From a virus (taxonomy: Duplodnaviria; Caudoviricetes), in the IMG/VR virus record IMGVR_UViG_3300037471_001740, positions 1 through 64,000 of that record: 64,000 nt of DNA; one strand, given 5' to 3'. How positions within the stretch are numbered: position 1 is the first letter of the stretch; each line of letters begins with the position of its first letter. The notes below the pieces were generated by a model, which saw nothing but the letters and a program-made list of their open reading frames with translations, was not told the origin of the DNA and made no database searches. A program made the translations under genes and the position numbers. Of the stretch, positions 18,031 through 27,607 are shown one piece after another.

Positions 18031-18417
18031 TCAAACAGGCTGCAACGCATCGAGCGCCGCTTCCTCCATGACACGCAACTGTTGAAAGATCGCGGCACGA
18101 CTGGCTCGCGCGATGCCAAGCAGACGATAAACCGGCTCGATCGCGCCGTAATCGATGCCTGTATGTACGAGCCGTGCGACACCGAAGCCGGAAAAGGCAG
18201 ACATGCGCCACTGCGTCGACAGTGCAGAAAAGACCTGCACCGCGTCCCAGTTCTCTTCGTACACCTCGAATGCCGGTTCAGGCGCCTGCTCGCGCGCCTG
18301 ATTGACGTCGGCGTCGCGCGCTCCGAAGGCCGCAAGCGCGTCGGCGACAGTGTCGTCGACAACGACTTCGGCGCTTTCTACGCCTGCCCAGTGCCGTGCC
18401 GCGTCGATCAGTTTTTT
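18031..18417 (-). CDS. Tail assembly chaperone T (DUF1799-like), -1 frame partner of G
   Basis: Open -1 frame from the slippery site: LIDAARHWAG...YEENWDAV..F....TQWR...G.DY. Confidence 0.85.
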   Translation of the reverse strand, partial: KKLIDAARHWAGVESAEVVVDDTVADALAAFGARDADVNQAREQAPEPAFEVYEENWDAVQVFSALSTQWRMSAFSGFGVARLVHTGIDYGAIEPVYRLLGIARASRAAIFQQLRVMEEAALDALQPV

Positions 18418-18746
18418 AGGCCGGCCCCGGATGCGCCCGCCATAAACGCGTGCACGACACCGCGCAGCGCGTGGGGAATGCTGAGCAGCGTTTCGCAGAA
18501 TTCGACGCTGAACGGCACTTGCGCACCACTGTCATCCGTCAGATCGGACCATCCGACGAGGACCTCTTGCATCAGATCTTTGTCGCTCCGACCGGAGGTT
18601 CGAAGCGCATGCAATTCCTCGCCCGTGACACGCTTGAAGCGCGCAGTAAATTCGCTCGTCTCGACGGCACCCGAATCCGTGTCTCCCGGCTCGACGACGG
18701 TCACGCGAATGGTGAACGTCGGTTTCTTTGTTACGCGATAGGCCAT
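18408..18746 (-). CDS. Tail assembly chaperone G
   Basis: Between tail tube and TMP; LVGWSDLTD..G..VPFS motif. Confidence 0.85.
   Translation of the reverse strand: MAYRVTKKPTFTIRVTVVEPGDTDSGAVETSEFTARFKRVTGEELHALRTSGRSDKDLMQEVLVGWSDLTDDSGAQVPFSVEFCETLLSIPHALRGVVHAFMAGASGAGLKN
18411..18417 (-). other. Programmed -1 ribosomal frameshift site A AAA AAC
   Basis: CTA AAA AAC TGA at the end of G; canonical X XXY YYZ heptamer. Confidence 0.85.
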
Positions 18747-18807
18747 TTCAATCCTCGAAAGCGAATCGGGCCGCACAATGGCGGCCCGATCTGATGGAGA
18801 TGCAAAG

Positions 18808-19749
18808 TCACTTTACGGTGATGACGAGTTCGTCGTTCCCTGCGTCCGGAATGACCGTCAGCGTCGCGTCGAGCATCGCCTTGCTGTCCTGGTCCGTATA
18901 CGACGGATCGGTCAGCTGGACCTTCGGCGCATCGAACTGGACGATATTGCCTGCAACGGTTCCGTGCGTGATCGTCAGGGAATCCACGATCGCGTCCTTC
19001 GCCGACGACCACCAGTCGTGATCCGTCACGCCGGCGAGCTGCATCGTGATCTTCCCGGTCGGCTTGCGGTCGTTGATTTCCGCGCCCTCGTAACCGATCA
19101 GTTCGGCCCACGACAACGTATTGGCCATGTCGAGCGACAGCGCCTGAAGGGGGCCCGTATAGCCGTGCATCGCCCACGTCGTATACGCGGTACTCGCCAG
19201 CTTGGGCTGCAGGAACTTCGAGAAGTCCGTGCCCGCCGGCAGCGGCGAATCGACGACCGGGTTGTACACGCCCATGAAGTGAAACTTCATTTTCGGGATC
19301 TGCTTGACCGTGAAGTCAAACGACACCGTACCCTTCGCGTCCGTCAGCTTATGCAGCAGACCATCGAGGTAGTAGTACATGGTGAGCGGCGTCTGCACGA
19401 CAGAGCTGACCGGCGTGTACTTGACGTCGGTTCCAGCCGTAACCGTCTCAGCGAAGTTGCACGCGACGAGCAGACGTCCCCATGCAGGCGCGGTGCCGGC
19501 CACCCCGGAGCCCGCGATTTCCACCTCGAAATCGAGTTCGGCGTGGCACCCAGCTGCGAGCTGATCGCTATTGCCGAAGTACGGGCGAATGAGGTCGCGC
19601 GCGACATAGTCAGCTGCGACCGGTTTGGCACTGATGTTGCCAACCAGCATCGCGTCATCCGCACCGGTCGGCACCGCCACCGTGCCAATTGCTGCTTGCA
19701 GCTTGGCAAGGATGACGGAATTTCGTGTTGATTTGGCTGTCGCCACCAT
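18808..19749 (-). CDS. Major tail tube protein
   Basis: AAGGAG RBS; RDLIRPYFG, FEVEIAGSG.AGTAP.WG.LL.AC motifs. Confidence 0.88.
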   Translation of the reverse strand: MVATAKSTRNSVILAKLQAAIGTVAVPTGADDAMLVGNISAKPVAADYVARDLIRPYFGNSDQLAAGCHAELDFEVEIAGSGVAGTAPAWGRLLVACNFAETVTAGTDVKYTPVSSVVQTPLTMYYYLDGLLHKLTDAKGTVSFDFTVKQIPKMKFHFMGVYNPVVDSPLPAGTDFSKFLQPKLASTAYTTWAMHGYTGPLQALSLDMANTLSWAELIGYEGAEINDRKPTGKITMQLAGVTDHDWWSSAKDAIVDSLTITHGTVAGNIVQFDAPKVQLTDPSYTDQDSKAMLDATLTVIPDAGNDELVITVK

Positions 19750-19788
19750 ACTGACTCCTTCAATGTGCGCGGAAACGAGCCGCATTGT

Positions 19789-20214
19789 TCAAGCGAGGCT
19801 TTGCGGCGACGTTTGATACTGAATCGTGTAACGCATCGTCACGATGCCGACGCCGCCATCGATATCGGCGGTTTCGGGCTCGTCGGTCGTCACCTCTTCG
19901 ATGCCCACGATGTCCTGTGCATCGAATGCCATCACGAGCGGATGCGAACGCTCGAAGATCGCGTCCGCAGCACGGTCGGGCGCTGGATCACGAACGACCG
20001 CCGAGACGAGCAGATCGCACTGACGCGTGGTCCGCCCGATCGTCGACGCCAGCACAATGTCGCGGCCCCGACTCACGACAACCACCTTCGGCTCTTCACT
20101 GTTCACCGCCTCGTAGATCGAGCGTTCGACCACCACGCCGTCCGTCTGCAGCTGATCGTCAGCTTTGAGCGCATCCATGATCGAAGACACGAAGCCCTCA
20201 CGGATCGTCGTCAT
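19789..20214 (-). CDS. Tail terminator-like protein
   Basis: Position before the tube gene; gpU-like size and C-terminal Y.I.Y strand. Confidence 0.7.
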   Translation of the reverse strand: MTTIREGFVSSIMDALKADDQLQTDGVVVERSIYEAVNSEEPKVVVVSRGRDIVLASTIGRTTRQCDLLVSAVVRDPAPDRAADAIFERSHPLVMAFDAQDIVGIEEVTTDEPETADIDGGVGIVTMRYTIQYQTSPQSLA

Positions 20215-20516
20215 ACCGCCTTCTCCAGATCTGCGACGCTAAAGTAGCCGTCATCTTTCTTCCGAGGCGGGTGACGGACTCTGTACCGCGTACCATCGAT
20301 CTCCAGCACGGAGCCGCGAGCAAGCTCCGGGAGATCAGCTGTCTGATATTCGATGCGATAGTCCGTGGTCGTCACCCGCCCACCGAGGTCCAGCATATCG
20401 GGCGTTTCGAAGCCGACCTGCACAGGCCGAGCTGAGCCATCGCCCAGCTCGAACTGCGCAGATCTGAGCATCCCTGTCGCCGCGAACGCCGACCAGAACA
20501 CGCCGAGGTTAAGCAA
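20211..20516 (-). CDS. Head-tail joining (FII-like) protein
   Basis: Beta-barrel pattern L..G..L.IDG..Y.V; position after capsid genes. Confidence 0.75.
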   Translation of the reverse strand: MLNLGVFWSAFAATGMLRSAQFELGDGSARPVQVGFETPDMLDLGGRVTTTDYRIEYQTADLPELARGSVLEIDGTRYRVRHPPRKKDDGYFSVADLEKAV

Positions 20517-20853
20517 GATCAGACGGCGAGCAGAGAAGCACTCGCGCCGTTACGTCGTTCGCCACTTTCGGCGCGGCGTAGAGACCGGCCTTCGCATTCG
20601 CCCCCGCCGTCGACGTCACGACACCATTGGCCGCATCCCAATAGGCGAAGTCACCGACCGCACCAGCAGACGGCGCATCCGCCGGCAGCTCGAATACGCC
20701 GACGAGGCGATATTCACCGGGCGCATTCGCCGCGAAATCGCCCGTTGCGACGGCGGGCAGCTTGGCGTTGCCCAGCTGGACGAACTGGCCGGATACGACG
20801 GCAGCGGCCAGCGTTGCAGTCAGCGTTTTGCCGCTCTGGATAAAGTTCTTCAT
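20509..20853 (-). CDS. DUF2190/capsid cement family protein
   Basis: MKNFIQSG, GVFELP and YWDA motifs; follows the capsid gene. Confidence 0.85.
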   Translation of the reverse strand: MKNFIQSGKTLTATLAAAVVSGQFVQLGNAKLPAVATGDFAANAPGEYRLVGVFELPADAPSAGAVGDFAYWDAANGVVTSTAGANAKAGLYAAPKVANDVTARVLLCSPSDLA

Positions 20854-20882
20854 GAGAATTTCCTGTGCAGATGTGTTGAATG

Positions 20883-20908
20883 AAAAACGGGCGCGACTAT
20901 CGCGCCCG
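20883..20908 (-). terminator. Terminator after the capsid gene
   Basis: GGGCGCGA/TCGCGCCC stem followed by TTTTT. Confidence 0.6.
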
Positions 20909-20934
20909 CCTCACGACGCCACCGCGCGCGTCCG

Positions 20935-23028
20935 TTACTGACCCGGGTTCTGATACAGACCGCGGAAGTCCGTCGCCTTCGCCGCGAAATCGAGTCGCGC
21001 CTTGACCTTCAGGCCGTCGACATCGAAGTCGAGCGATTGCTCGGTGTACAGCCCCTGCTCGCCTTCGAGGTAGCAGTATTCGACCGTGTCGATCATTGCG
21101 GGATCGGCGGCCAGATACCAAGCCTTGGTGCTCTTGGCATCGAGGCGGGGCTCGACGATCGGGGTCAGCGTGCCGATGAACGGGTTTTGCTGCGTGGCCT
21201 GCGTCGGCGTGTACTGGTTGCTCGTGTACTGATACGCGACCGTCTCCAGCGCAGCCGGCACCAGCAGATACGTCGGCGTCAGGTTCAGCGGCGTGGCATC
21301 GCCCGGCGCTGCCTGCGTGCGCATCGCCGCGCGGGCCGTCGAAAGAGCATCGACGCTGATCGCAGCACCCGCTGCCGCCAGATTCTTGTGGGCCGCATGG
21401 AACAGCGCCTTGCCGTCGCTCATCACGGGGTTGCCCGTCAGCGCCGAATACACGAGATCCGATTCGAGATTCGCAGCCGCGCGACCGAAAAACTGCGGCA
21501 CGCGTTCGAGCGCCGACAGGTCGTCGTTGATGATCATCTGACGCGTGAACGCGACGACCTTGCCGTAGGTGCCGAGCTGGATGGTTTCACCCGAATCGAC
21601 GAGCGTGCCATATTTGTACTCACCCGACTCGTTGACCTTTTCGAGCTTGATCGCGCCGTCGACCATCACACGCGTCGCCGCGCGGAAGTCGGTGAGCACG
21701 CCCTGCCGTGCCCAGGACTGGAAGCTGCGCGGCGCTCCCGCGTACGCGTCGCGCAACGTGCGATTGATCACGTTGCCGAATACGACGGGCAGATCCGACG
21801 TCGAGCTGTACCCGCCTCGCTGCTGCAGGCCGAGCGCGATACCGGCCATCGATCGCAAGTCCATACCACGGACGTCAATGCCGGCAGCATCGAGGCCGAC
21901 GCGGCAGATCTCCCGCAGCGTCAGACCGCGATACTGACGCGCGGCATCGTTGAGCTCGTGACGCGGGTTGATACGATGCAACAGCGCATCGGTCATCGCC
22001 GAGCGGCGCGTTTCCGTCTCGTCGTTCACCGTCCGGATGTCAGCAGCACCGCGTTGCGTGTTTGCTTCGGAACGCTCTGCCTGCAGGCGGAGGATTTCCG
22101 CGCGGGCTGCATCAACCGTCACGCCGCGCTCGATGAAGCCATCGATCAGTTGCTGCTGGTTGTCCAGCACGCTCGCACGTACGGCAGTGCGAATGTCGAT
22201 CATGCGCTGGCGCTCCGACGTAACCGCTTCAGCTCGTGCGGCTTCGGTTGCGTCGGTCGACGCTGCAGCCGGTTGTGCCGCCGGCGTGGTTTGAACGGGC
22301 GCGGTGCGGGCGGCGGTCGTCGGTTGGTTGTTTTCATCTCCGGGCATTACGGCTCCTTGGTCAGTTTGTGCGGCGCGTACGCCGGCGGAAGAACCCCCTG
22401 CACTGCGATCAGTGAAGGTGCAGGGGAAGAATCGTTGCTGATGCTCTGCGACGGCGTGACCGCCCTCGCCTCGCACGGTTGCGTTCGGATCAGCCGGTAT
22501 CGATACGAGCGAAATCTCGTACGGCTCCCAGTCGGTCGCGCGGTAGATCCACGTGTCGTTACCCTCCTGCCCCGGCGGGATCATGTCGATCGCGTACACG
22601 CGGTACCCGAACGAAATGTTTCGCAGGATCTTGTCGACGACGTCCTGAAAGTACGGTTGCACGTCATCGCGCGCGGAGAACCGGCACATCGCGTCACCCG
22701 TGCCCGTCGCCGGATCTAGTGAAGCGCTGTCGACTACGCCGAGAACGGAATCAATGCCGTCCCACGTGTCGTGGTCGCGCAGGAAAGGCGCAGAGCCAGA
22801 TTGCAGACGCCCCATCCGAACGGCGGAGGGGTCCGGGCTCAACTCTTCGAGGTAGCTGCGCTCTCGCCACCAGTCGTAACGCTGCACCTGCGCGCCGGTC
22901 GTCCACGTCACCGCGATGGATCGGCTGTCCGCATTCACCGAGGACACAGGCTGCAGACGGGTGAAAAGCGGCATCGAATCAGCGGTCGCCCCAGCGCCGC
23001 CTCGATGCCCTTGTGCTGGAACGGGCAT
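20935..23028 (-). CDS. Prohead protease-major capsid fusion protein
   Basis: N-terminal protease (FLRDH, W.PYEISLVSIPAD), Ala/Gln linker, HK97-fold capsid (STSDLP, L.VP.ALE, DGL..K.R.DF). Confidence 0.9.
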   Translation of the reverse strand: MPVPAQGHRGGAGATADSMPLFTRLQPVSSVNADSRSIAVTWTTGAQVQRYDWWRERSYLEELSPDPSAVRMGRLQSGSAPFLRDHDTWDGIDSVLGVVDSASLDPATGTGDAMCRFSARDDVQPYFQDVVDKILRNISFGYRVYAIDMIPPGQEGNDTWIYRATDWEPYEISLVSIPADPNATVRGEGGHAVAEHQQRFFPCTFTDRSAGGSSAGVRAAQTDQGAVMPGDENNQPTTAARTAPVQTTPAAQPAAASTDATEAARAEAVTSERQRMIDIRTAVRASVLDNQQQLIDGFIERGVTVDAARAEILRLQAERSEANTQRGAADIRTVNDETETRRSAMTDALLHRINPRHELNDAARQYRGLTLREICRVGLDAAGIDVRGMDLRSMAGIALGLQQRGGYSSTSDLPVVFGNVINRTLRDAYAGAPRSFQSWARQGVLTDFRAATRVMVDGAIKLEKVNESGEYKYGTLVDSGETIQLGTYGKVVAFTRQMIINDDLSALERVPQFFGRAAANLESDLVYSALTGNPVMSDGKALFHAAHKNLAAAGAAISVDALSTARAAMRTQAAPGDATPLNLTPTYLLVPAALETVAYQYTSNQYTPTQATQQNPFIGTLTPIVEPRLDAKSTKAWYLAADPAMIDTVEYCYLEGEQGLYTEQSLDFDVDGLKVKARLDFAAKATDFRGLYQNPGQ

Positions 23029-23094
23029 TGTTCAACTCCAAATGGAAACGCCCGCGCGAGGCGGGCGTTATATGGTCAAAGTCACTTTGTCCGG

Positions 23095-24576
23095 CTACGG
23101 CTCGGCCGACATCACCAGAGCCTCCAGGCGGCGCAACCGTGCTATCAGACGCTCGTACGCCCGACCTGAGTCGGCACTGCCTGCAGGTTCAGGTTCTGGC
23201 GTGTTCAATGGGTCAGCGTTGATCTCCGCGTCGGTTTCTTCGGGGTCGTCACCCAGATCGCGAATAATCTGATGTCGACTCTTCAGTCGCGCCTCAATCA
23301 GCGCAATCAGGCCGTTCGATTCCCGGAGCGGATCGATCATCTCGATACGGTTCGGTGACCAGCTCACGTCATAGTCGGGAGACGACGTCAGACCAGCGAG
23401 ATACGCGGTCGCGGCAAACTGGCCTGCAATCGCTTCGCAGAACATCGGGATGAAGATCAGCCACAGCTCCTGCAGGAGCATCCGGTTGAACTCCATCTTG
23501 CCCATCCGCCCACTGGTGAAATTGACCTGCGAGTAATCGCCCGTCAGCTGCTCGTACGTCGTGTCGGTGCCAGCCGCAATCGCGCGCAGATCAATTCGCA
23601 CACCCGCCTCGTAACCATCGTTCGTCGCCGGGGCGGCGAACTGCACATCCTCATCGGTTCGCAGGTATTCGATCATGCCTGGCGAAAGAGACTCGACACG
23701 CCGTTCGTCTCCGGGACTGGACACGCCAGGAGTGCCTGCGCGGAACCCGTCGTCGTTAGACTTTACGAACACTGCGAAGCACGCCTCGATTTTTTTGCGA
23801 ATGCGCTCCGCGTCCTGATATTCATCGAGATCACGTGCAGCCCAGATGGCCGACGCCAGCCATGGGAAGCCGCGCACCGAATTCGGCCTGTCGATCGCGT
23901 CAAAGATATGCAGCACCTCGCTAGCCGGCACGAATCGACTCATCATGTTCTTCGGCACCTGCGCGACTTCTCCGGGATGCTGATCGAAGAGCCAGTAACC
24001 AGTGCGCTGCCCGATCAGATTGAACTGCACACCAGCCAGAATGAACCCGCCGTTGACCTCTCCGACCTTCAGCGAGTCGAGATAGTCAATTTCGAGAATC
24101 TGGATCTGCAGCGGCACCTCGTAACCATCGCCCGGTCGCCGACGGCGATACCGGATCAGCACCTCGCCCGATAGCTTCATCGCGCGATAAGCCTTGGCCT
24201 GCAGGCCGAAGAAATCAAGCAGGCCGTCAGCGTCGCAGTACTTCACCCAACGCTTGAACAGCTTCTGCTGTCGCTTCGATTGGAACTTCGCCTGAATGCC
24301 CGTGCCGATGGCATTGGCGACCATGACACGCAACGCACGCCGGAGGTGCGAATTGTTGACGACAAGATCGCGTGCGCGGTTGCGCAGTGTTGCGAGCGAG
24401 GGCATCAGATTCGCCAGCGAGCTGGCACCCGATGTCCGCCAACCTGCCGCTCGCGGCCCCCGCTTCGCGCCATCGAATCCCCGCACCGCCGCGAGCGTCA
24501 TACGAGCCCGCATGCGCGCGGCACCGTGGCGAGGCGCGATCCATTCGATCGCGCGGTCGAGAAGGTTTGCTTTCAT
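23095..24576 (-). CDS. Portal protein, lambda family
   Basis: LRNRARDLVVNN, RG.PWLA, YEQLTGDYSQVNFTSGR motifs. Confidence 0.95.
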   Translation of the reverse strand: MKANLLDRAIEWIAPRHGAARMRARMTLAAVRGFDGAKRGPRAAGWRTSGASSLANLMPSLATLRNRARDLVVNNSHLRRALRVMVANAIGTGIQAKFQSKRQQKLFKRWVKYCDADGLLDFFGLQAKAYRAMKLSGEVLIRYRRRRPGDGYEVPLQIQILEIDYLDSLKVGEVNGGFILAGVQFNLIGQRTGYWLFDQHPGEVAQVPKNMMSRFVPASEVLHIFDAIDRPNSVRGFPWLASAIWAARDLDEYQDAERIRKKIEACFAVFVKSNDDGFRAGTPGVSSPGDERRVESLSPGMIEYLRTDEDVQFAAPATNDGYEAGVRIDLRAIAAGTDTTYEQLTGDYSQVNFTSGRMGKMEFNRMLLQELWLIFIPMFCEAIAGQFAATAYLAGLTSSPDYDVSWSPNRIEMIDPLRESNGLIALIEARLKSRHQIIRDLGDDPEETDAEINADPLNTPEPEPAGSADSGRAYERLIARLRRLEALVMSAEP

Positions 24577-24577
24577 G

Positions 24578-24781
24578 TCAGTACCGCCTATAAGTGCCGA
24601 CGCTTGAGCGGGAGCCGCCCACGCCCGACCGGTTTTCGAGATCGGACTTGATCATGTTGCGTACGCGAATCAGATCGGCAGTCGACTGATAGGTGATCCG
24701 CTTGCCGTTGTACTCGACCGTCAACGTACCGGACGAGATCGCTGCCTCGATCGCGTCAAGGTTCTGCTGCGTGAATGCCAT
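24578..24781 (-). CDS. W: Head completion protein gpW
   Basis: G...VEYNGKRITY.S..DL pattern; between terL and portal. Confidence 0.85.
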   Translation of the reverse strand: MAFTQQNLDAIEAAISSGTLTVEYNGKRITYQSTADLIRVRNMIKSDLENRSGVGGSRSSVGTYRRY

Positions 24782-24783
24782 AT

Positions 24784-26895
24784 CTATCGCCTCAACCAGT
24801 TATCGCGCCGTGGAATCCATCCACCCGACGACGCCACCGGCTCAGAAACAACAGGCGCCGGCGCAGCGCGTAGAGGATCTTCGGCGGGCTTGTTCGCCAG
24901 TTCCATCAATACGTCATGCTTCGGATGATCCGGTCCGAGGCGCTCTGCGACGTCGCGCAGAATTCCCTTCGCCAGATCGCTACGTGCCGCGCCAGCCGGT
25001 TCCGCCGCTTCGGCTGACTCAGCCGGGACAGCAGCGAAGAGGTCCCCCACACGTGGCTCGATGACCGCCTCCAGCGCCGCCCAGTCCGCCTCGGAATAAG
25101 TGTTGAGACGCAGGCGCGGGTGATAGGCACAGGCGAAGTTATAGACCTTCAGATCGAGCGCTTCGTTACGCTTGCGCAGGACGTCCCACCGGTCTTTCGA
25201 TGGGTTGTACGCTTCCGCCGTGAGCTGCTCGAAATACTCGTCATCGAGATCCGTCGAAAAATGGATCAGACGTTCGACGACTTCGCGTTCATCGTCAGCA
25301 ACCAGTGCACCGAAGATCCGGCTCTTCGCGGTGTCGGTGCCGACCGGCCACAGCTTCACACCGTTCTTATAGGTCTTACCCTTCACCGTTACATCCTGAT
25401 CGGTGGGACGCCCGATGATCGGCTTGTGCTTATCCTTCGCACCTTTCAATGCGAACACGCCGCGGTGTCGACGGAGCCGGCAGTAGTCGTACACGTCCTG
25501 CGTACGGCTACCACCCGAGTCCACACCGCACAGCTCGATCCGCATCGGCACGCCAAAGGCGTTTGTGATCGGCGTATCGAGCAGCTTGTCGAGCTTCTCC
25601 CACACATCGGGCAAGGCAGGATCGCCGCGCAGCACAACGTGATCAATCGTCCAGTTGCGCAGGCCGCGCCCCCAGCCCGAGATCTCGACTTCCAGACGAT
25701 CGTTCTGCGTGTCGACCGCGCACGTCAGGATCAGACAGCCGAGAGGGATGGTGCGCAGTTTGTACGGCTCTGCGCGGCGTTTGATCGTCTCCCACTTCAT
25801 CTCCGCGCTCTTGTCTTCCCAGCACTCGGCGAGAGCGTTGTTGACGAACGCGATCATTTTTTCGATGTCGCCCTGCGCGGCCTCGAAATCGTCCATCAGC
25901 TCGGACCACGGACGCCACCCGAGCGGTGCGTACAACGCGCTAAGGTGGAAGCTTGCCGTCTTCCCGTCACCGGCCGCCGTCGGCATCCAGTACGCGCTCT
26001 CATAGCCGCGCGTCTTCCACAAGCTCTCTGGATTTCCAGCGCCGCATCCGGTCTGGCAGTAGTACAGAACCACACCGGGATCCGCCGGCGAGCGACGCAT
26101 GCCTTTATGCCAGTCGAAAAACTGCGGAGATCCGCAATCGGGACACCGCACGAAGTAGCGGCGCTGATCGCCGCGCTGATACAGCTTCTCGATCTGCGAA
26201 CGGCGCTTGATCGTCGGCGTGCTGTTCGCAAAGATCTTCGCGCGACGGCCAAAGTTGCTTGTCCGGTTCGCAGCGAGGTCCATCGGATTGCCCTGCCCGT
26301 CGACGTTCAACAGGTACTCGTCGATCTCCTCCAGCAACACATAGCGTACCGTCGTCGACTTCAGCCGGCCTGCGCGATTCGCGCTAACCAGATTCATGAA
26401 GCCGCCGGGAAATTTCTTTCGAAGCTTCGTGTTTTCGCTGCCCTTCTTGTTGCTGTCGCGCACTCGCCGACGCAGTTCCGGCGTCGACGTGCGCATCGGC
26501 TCGAAACGATCCAGCTCCCACTTCTCGGCGTCGTCCAGCGTTGCGAACACTGCGAGGATATTGCCCGCCGCCGTCGTGATCGCACGACCAATGAAGTTTT
26601 CGCCCAGTGCCGAGCCGCCGAGCTGGTGACCCTTCATCAGACCAACGGTGATAACCCGGCTGTTGTCGAATAGCCTGTCGTCATCGTGCGCGTAACGCGT
26701 GACCGCGCTGGCCTGTCCGGACAACGCATCCATGATGCCGACGAGATACGGCGTGCGCTCGTTACGCCATTTACCGGGCTCTGGACTGCTCTCTGGCAGG
26801 ATGCGATGCAGTTCGGACCACTCGGCGATGCCAATCCGCTTATCGGGCCGTATGGCCTCTTCAATCGTCCTCAGGAATGCTTCGGTCGCTCCCAT
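24784..26895 (-). CDS. terL: Terminase large subunit (lambda GpA family)
   Basis: PGKWRNERTPY, EEIDEY, STPT, CPDC, VDTQNDRLE and NEALD motifs. Confidence 0.97.
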   Translation of the reverse strand: MGATEAFLRTIEEAIRPDKRIGIAEWSELHRILPESSPEPGKWRNERTPYLVGIMDALSGQASAVTRYAHDDDRLFDNSRVITVGLMKGHQLGGSALGENFIGRAITTAAGNILAVFATLDDAEKWELDRFEPMRTSTPELRRRVRDSNKKGSENTKLRKKFPGGFMNLVSANRAGRLKSTTVRYVLLEEIDEYLLNVDGQGNPMDLAANRTSNFGRRAKIFANSTPTIKRRSQIEKLYQRGDQRRYFVRCPDCGSPQFFDWHKGMRRSPADPGVVLYYCQTGCGAGNPESLWKTRGYESAYWMPTAAGDGKTASFHLSALYAPLGWRPWSELMDDFEAAQGDIEKMIAFVNNALAECWEDKSAEMKWETIKRRAEPYKLRTIPLGCLILTCAVDTQNDRLEVEISGWGRGLRNWTIDHVVLRGDPALPDVWEKLDKLLDTPITNAFGVPMRIELCGVDSGGSRTQDVYDYCRLRRHRGVFALKGAKDKHKPIIGRPTDQDVTVKGKTYKNGVKLWPVGTDTAKSRIFGALVADDEREVVERLIHFSTDLDDEYFEQLTAEAYNPSKDRWDVLRKRNEALDLKVYNFACAYHPRLRLNTYSEADWAALEAVIEPRVGDLFAAVPAESAEAAEPAGAARSDLAKGILRDVAERLGPDHPKHDVLMELANKPAEDPLRAAPAPVVSEPVASSGGWIPRRDNWLRR

Positions 26896-27481
26896 CGGCG
26901 TCGTCCGTTTCGTTTTCGCTCAGCAACGCTTTTGCGTCGACGGATGCGAGCGCTCGCGCCAGCTCCGCATCGAGCATCGATTCGATCCGTATGGGATCCG
27001 TTTCCGCCGCGAGCGCGTCCTTCATGCGCACCGGAATGTTCATCACGTTGTCTCGCACCGTGCGAAACGCCGTGAATGCAATTCGCTGTGCCTCCGAGAG
27101 CGCCAGCGTTGTTCCGCGCTCGCGCTCCAGATCCATGCGCTCGCGCTCAAGCCTCGTCTGCTCTCTCGCCGCACGCGCAGCGCGATAAGCGGCCATATGC
27201 GGGTCTTCGCTGTTGCTTGCGGCAGCAGGAAGGTCGTCGTCGTCTGAATCAGCCGGGGGAAAGGCGGGCTGCGACGAAGTATTAGCAAGCGACTGACGCG
27301 AAAGGTCTGCGAACGAACGACGTGACTCGTCGGTGTTCCGACGCCAGGCACGCTCAGCCTGCTGCTGATCGATCTTGCCGCTAGCCGTCAGCTGGATGCG
27401 TCCGGACTTGATGGCCTTTTGCACAGCGTTGAGCGCGACGCCCATGTGACGCGCAAACGCGCGCATGCTGACTTCAGCCAT
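26861..27481 (-). CDS. terS: Terminase small subunit
   Basis: N-terminal HTH (SMRAFARHMGV...V.KAIKSGRI) and coiled coil; overlaps the terL start. Confidence 0.9.
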   Translation of the reverse strand: MAEVSMRAFARHMGVALNAVQKAIKSGRIQLTASGKIDQQQAERAWRRNTDESRRSFADLSRQSLANTSSQPAFPPADSDDDDLPAAASNSEDPHMAAYRAARAAREQTRLERERMDLERERGTTLALSEAQRIAFTAFRTVRDNVMNIPVRMKDALAAETDPIRIESMLDAELARALASVDAKALLSENETDDADGSDRSIPEDD

Positions 27482-27483
27482 GT

Positions 27484-27555
27484 TGACCACCTATGACCAC
27501 CAGAAAGTGACCACCTGACCACCCAGTGACCACCCTGAAAAGTTGCTTTGACCAC
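27484..27555. repeat. Six TGACCAC direct repeats (cosB-like TerS sites)
   Basis: Copies at 27484, 27494, 27508, 27516, 27527 and 27549. Confidence 0.75.
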
Positions 27556-27568
27556 GCGACCGATGGGG

Positions 27569-27607
27569 CTCGAATTACCCTCATTTCGGCCGTTTGTGGA
27601 AGGACCC
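27569..27607 (-). other. Putative cos (cosQ GGGTCCT plus cosN candidate)
   Basis: GGGTCCT at 27607-27601 matches lambda cosQ; GGGTAATTCGAG lies 20 nt downstream, ahead of terS. Confidence 0.6.

Noticed and set aside
21037-22719. Long opposite-strand ORFs (also 25120-26673, 60993-62687, 10619-11746, 49714-50667 and others)
   Set aside because: Shadow frames of high-GC coding genes; Arg/Val/His-rich with no motifs or RBS.
27484-27555. TGACCAC repeats as a CRISPR array
   Set aside because: Repeats are 7-8 nt with 1-15 nt irregular gaps, there are no cas genes, and the cos context explains them.
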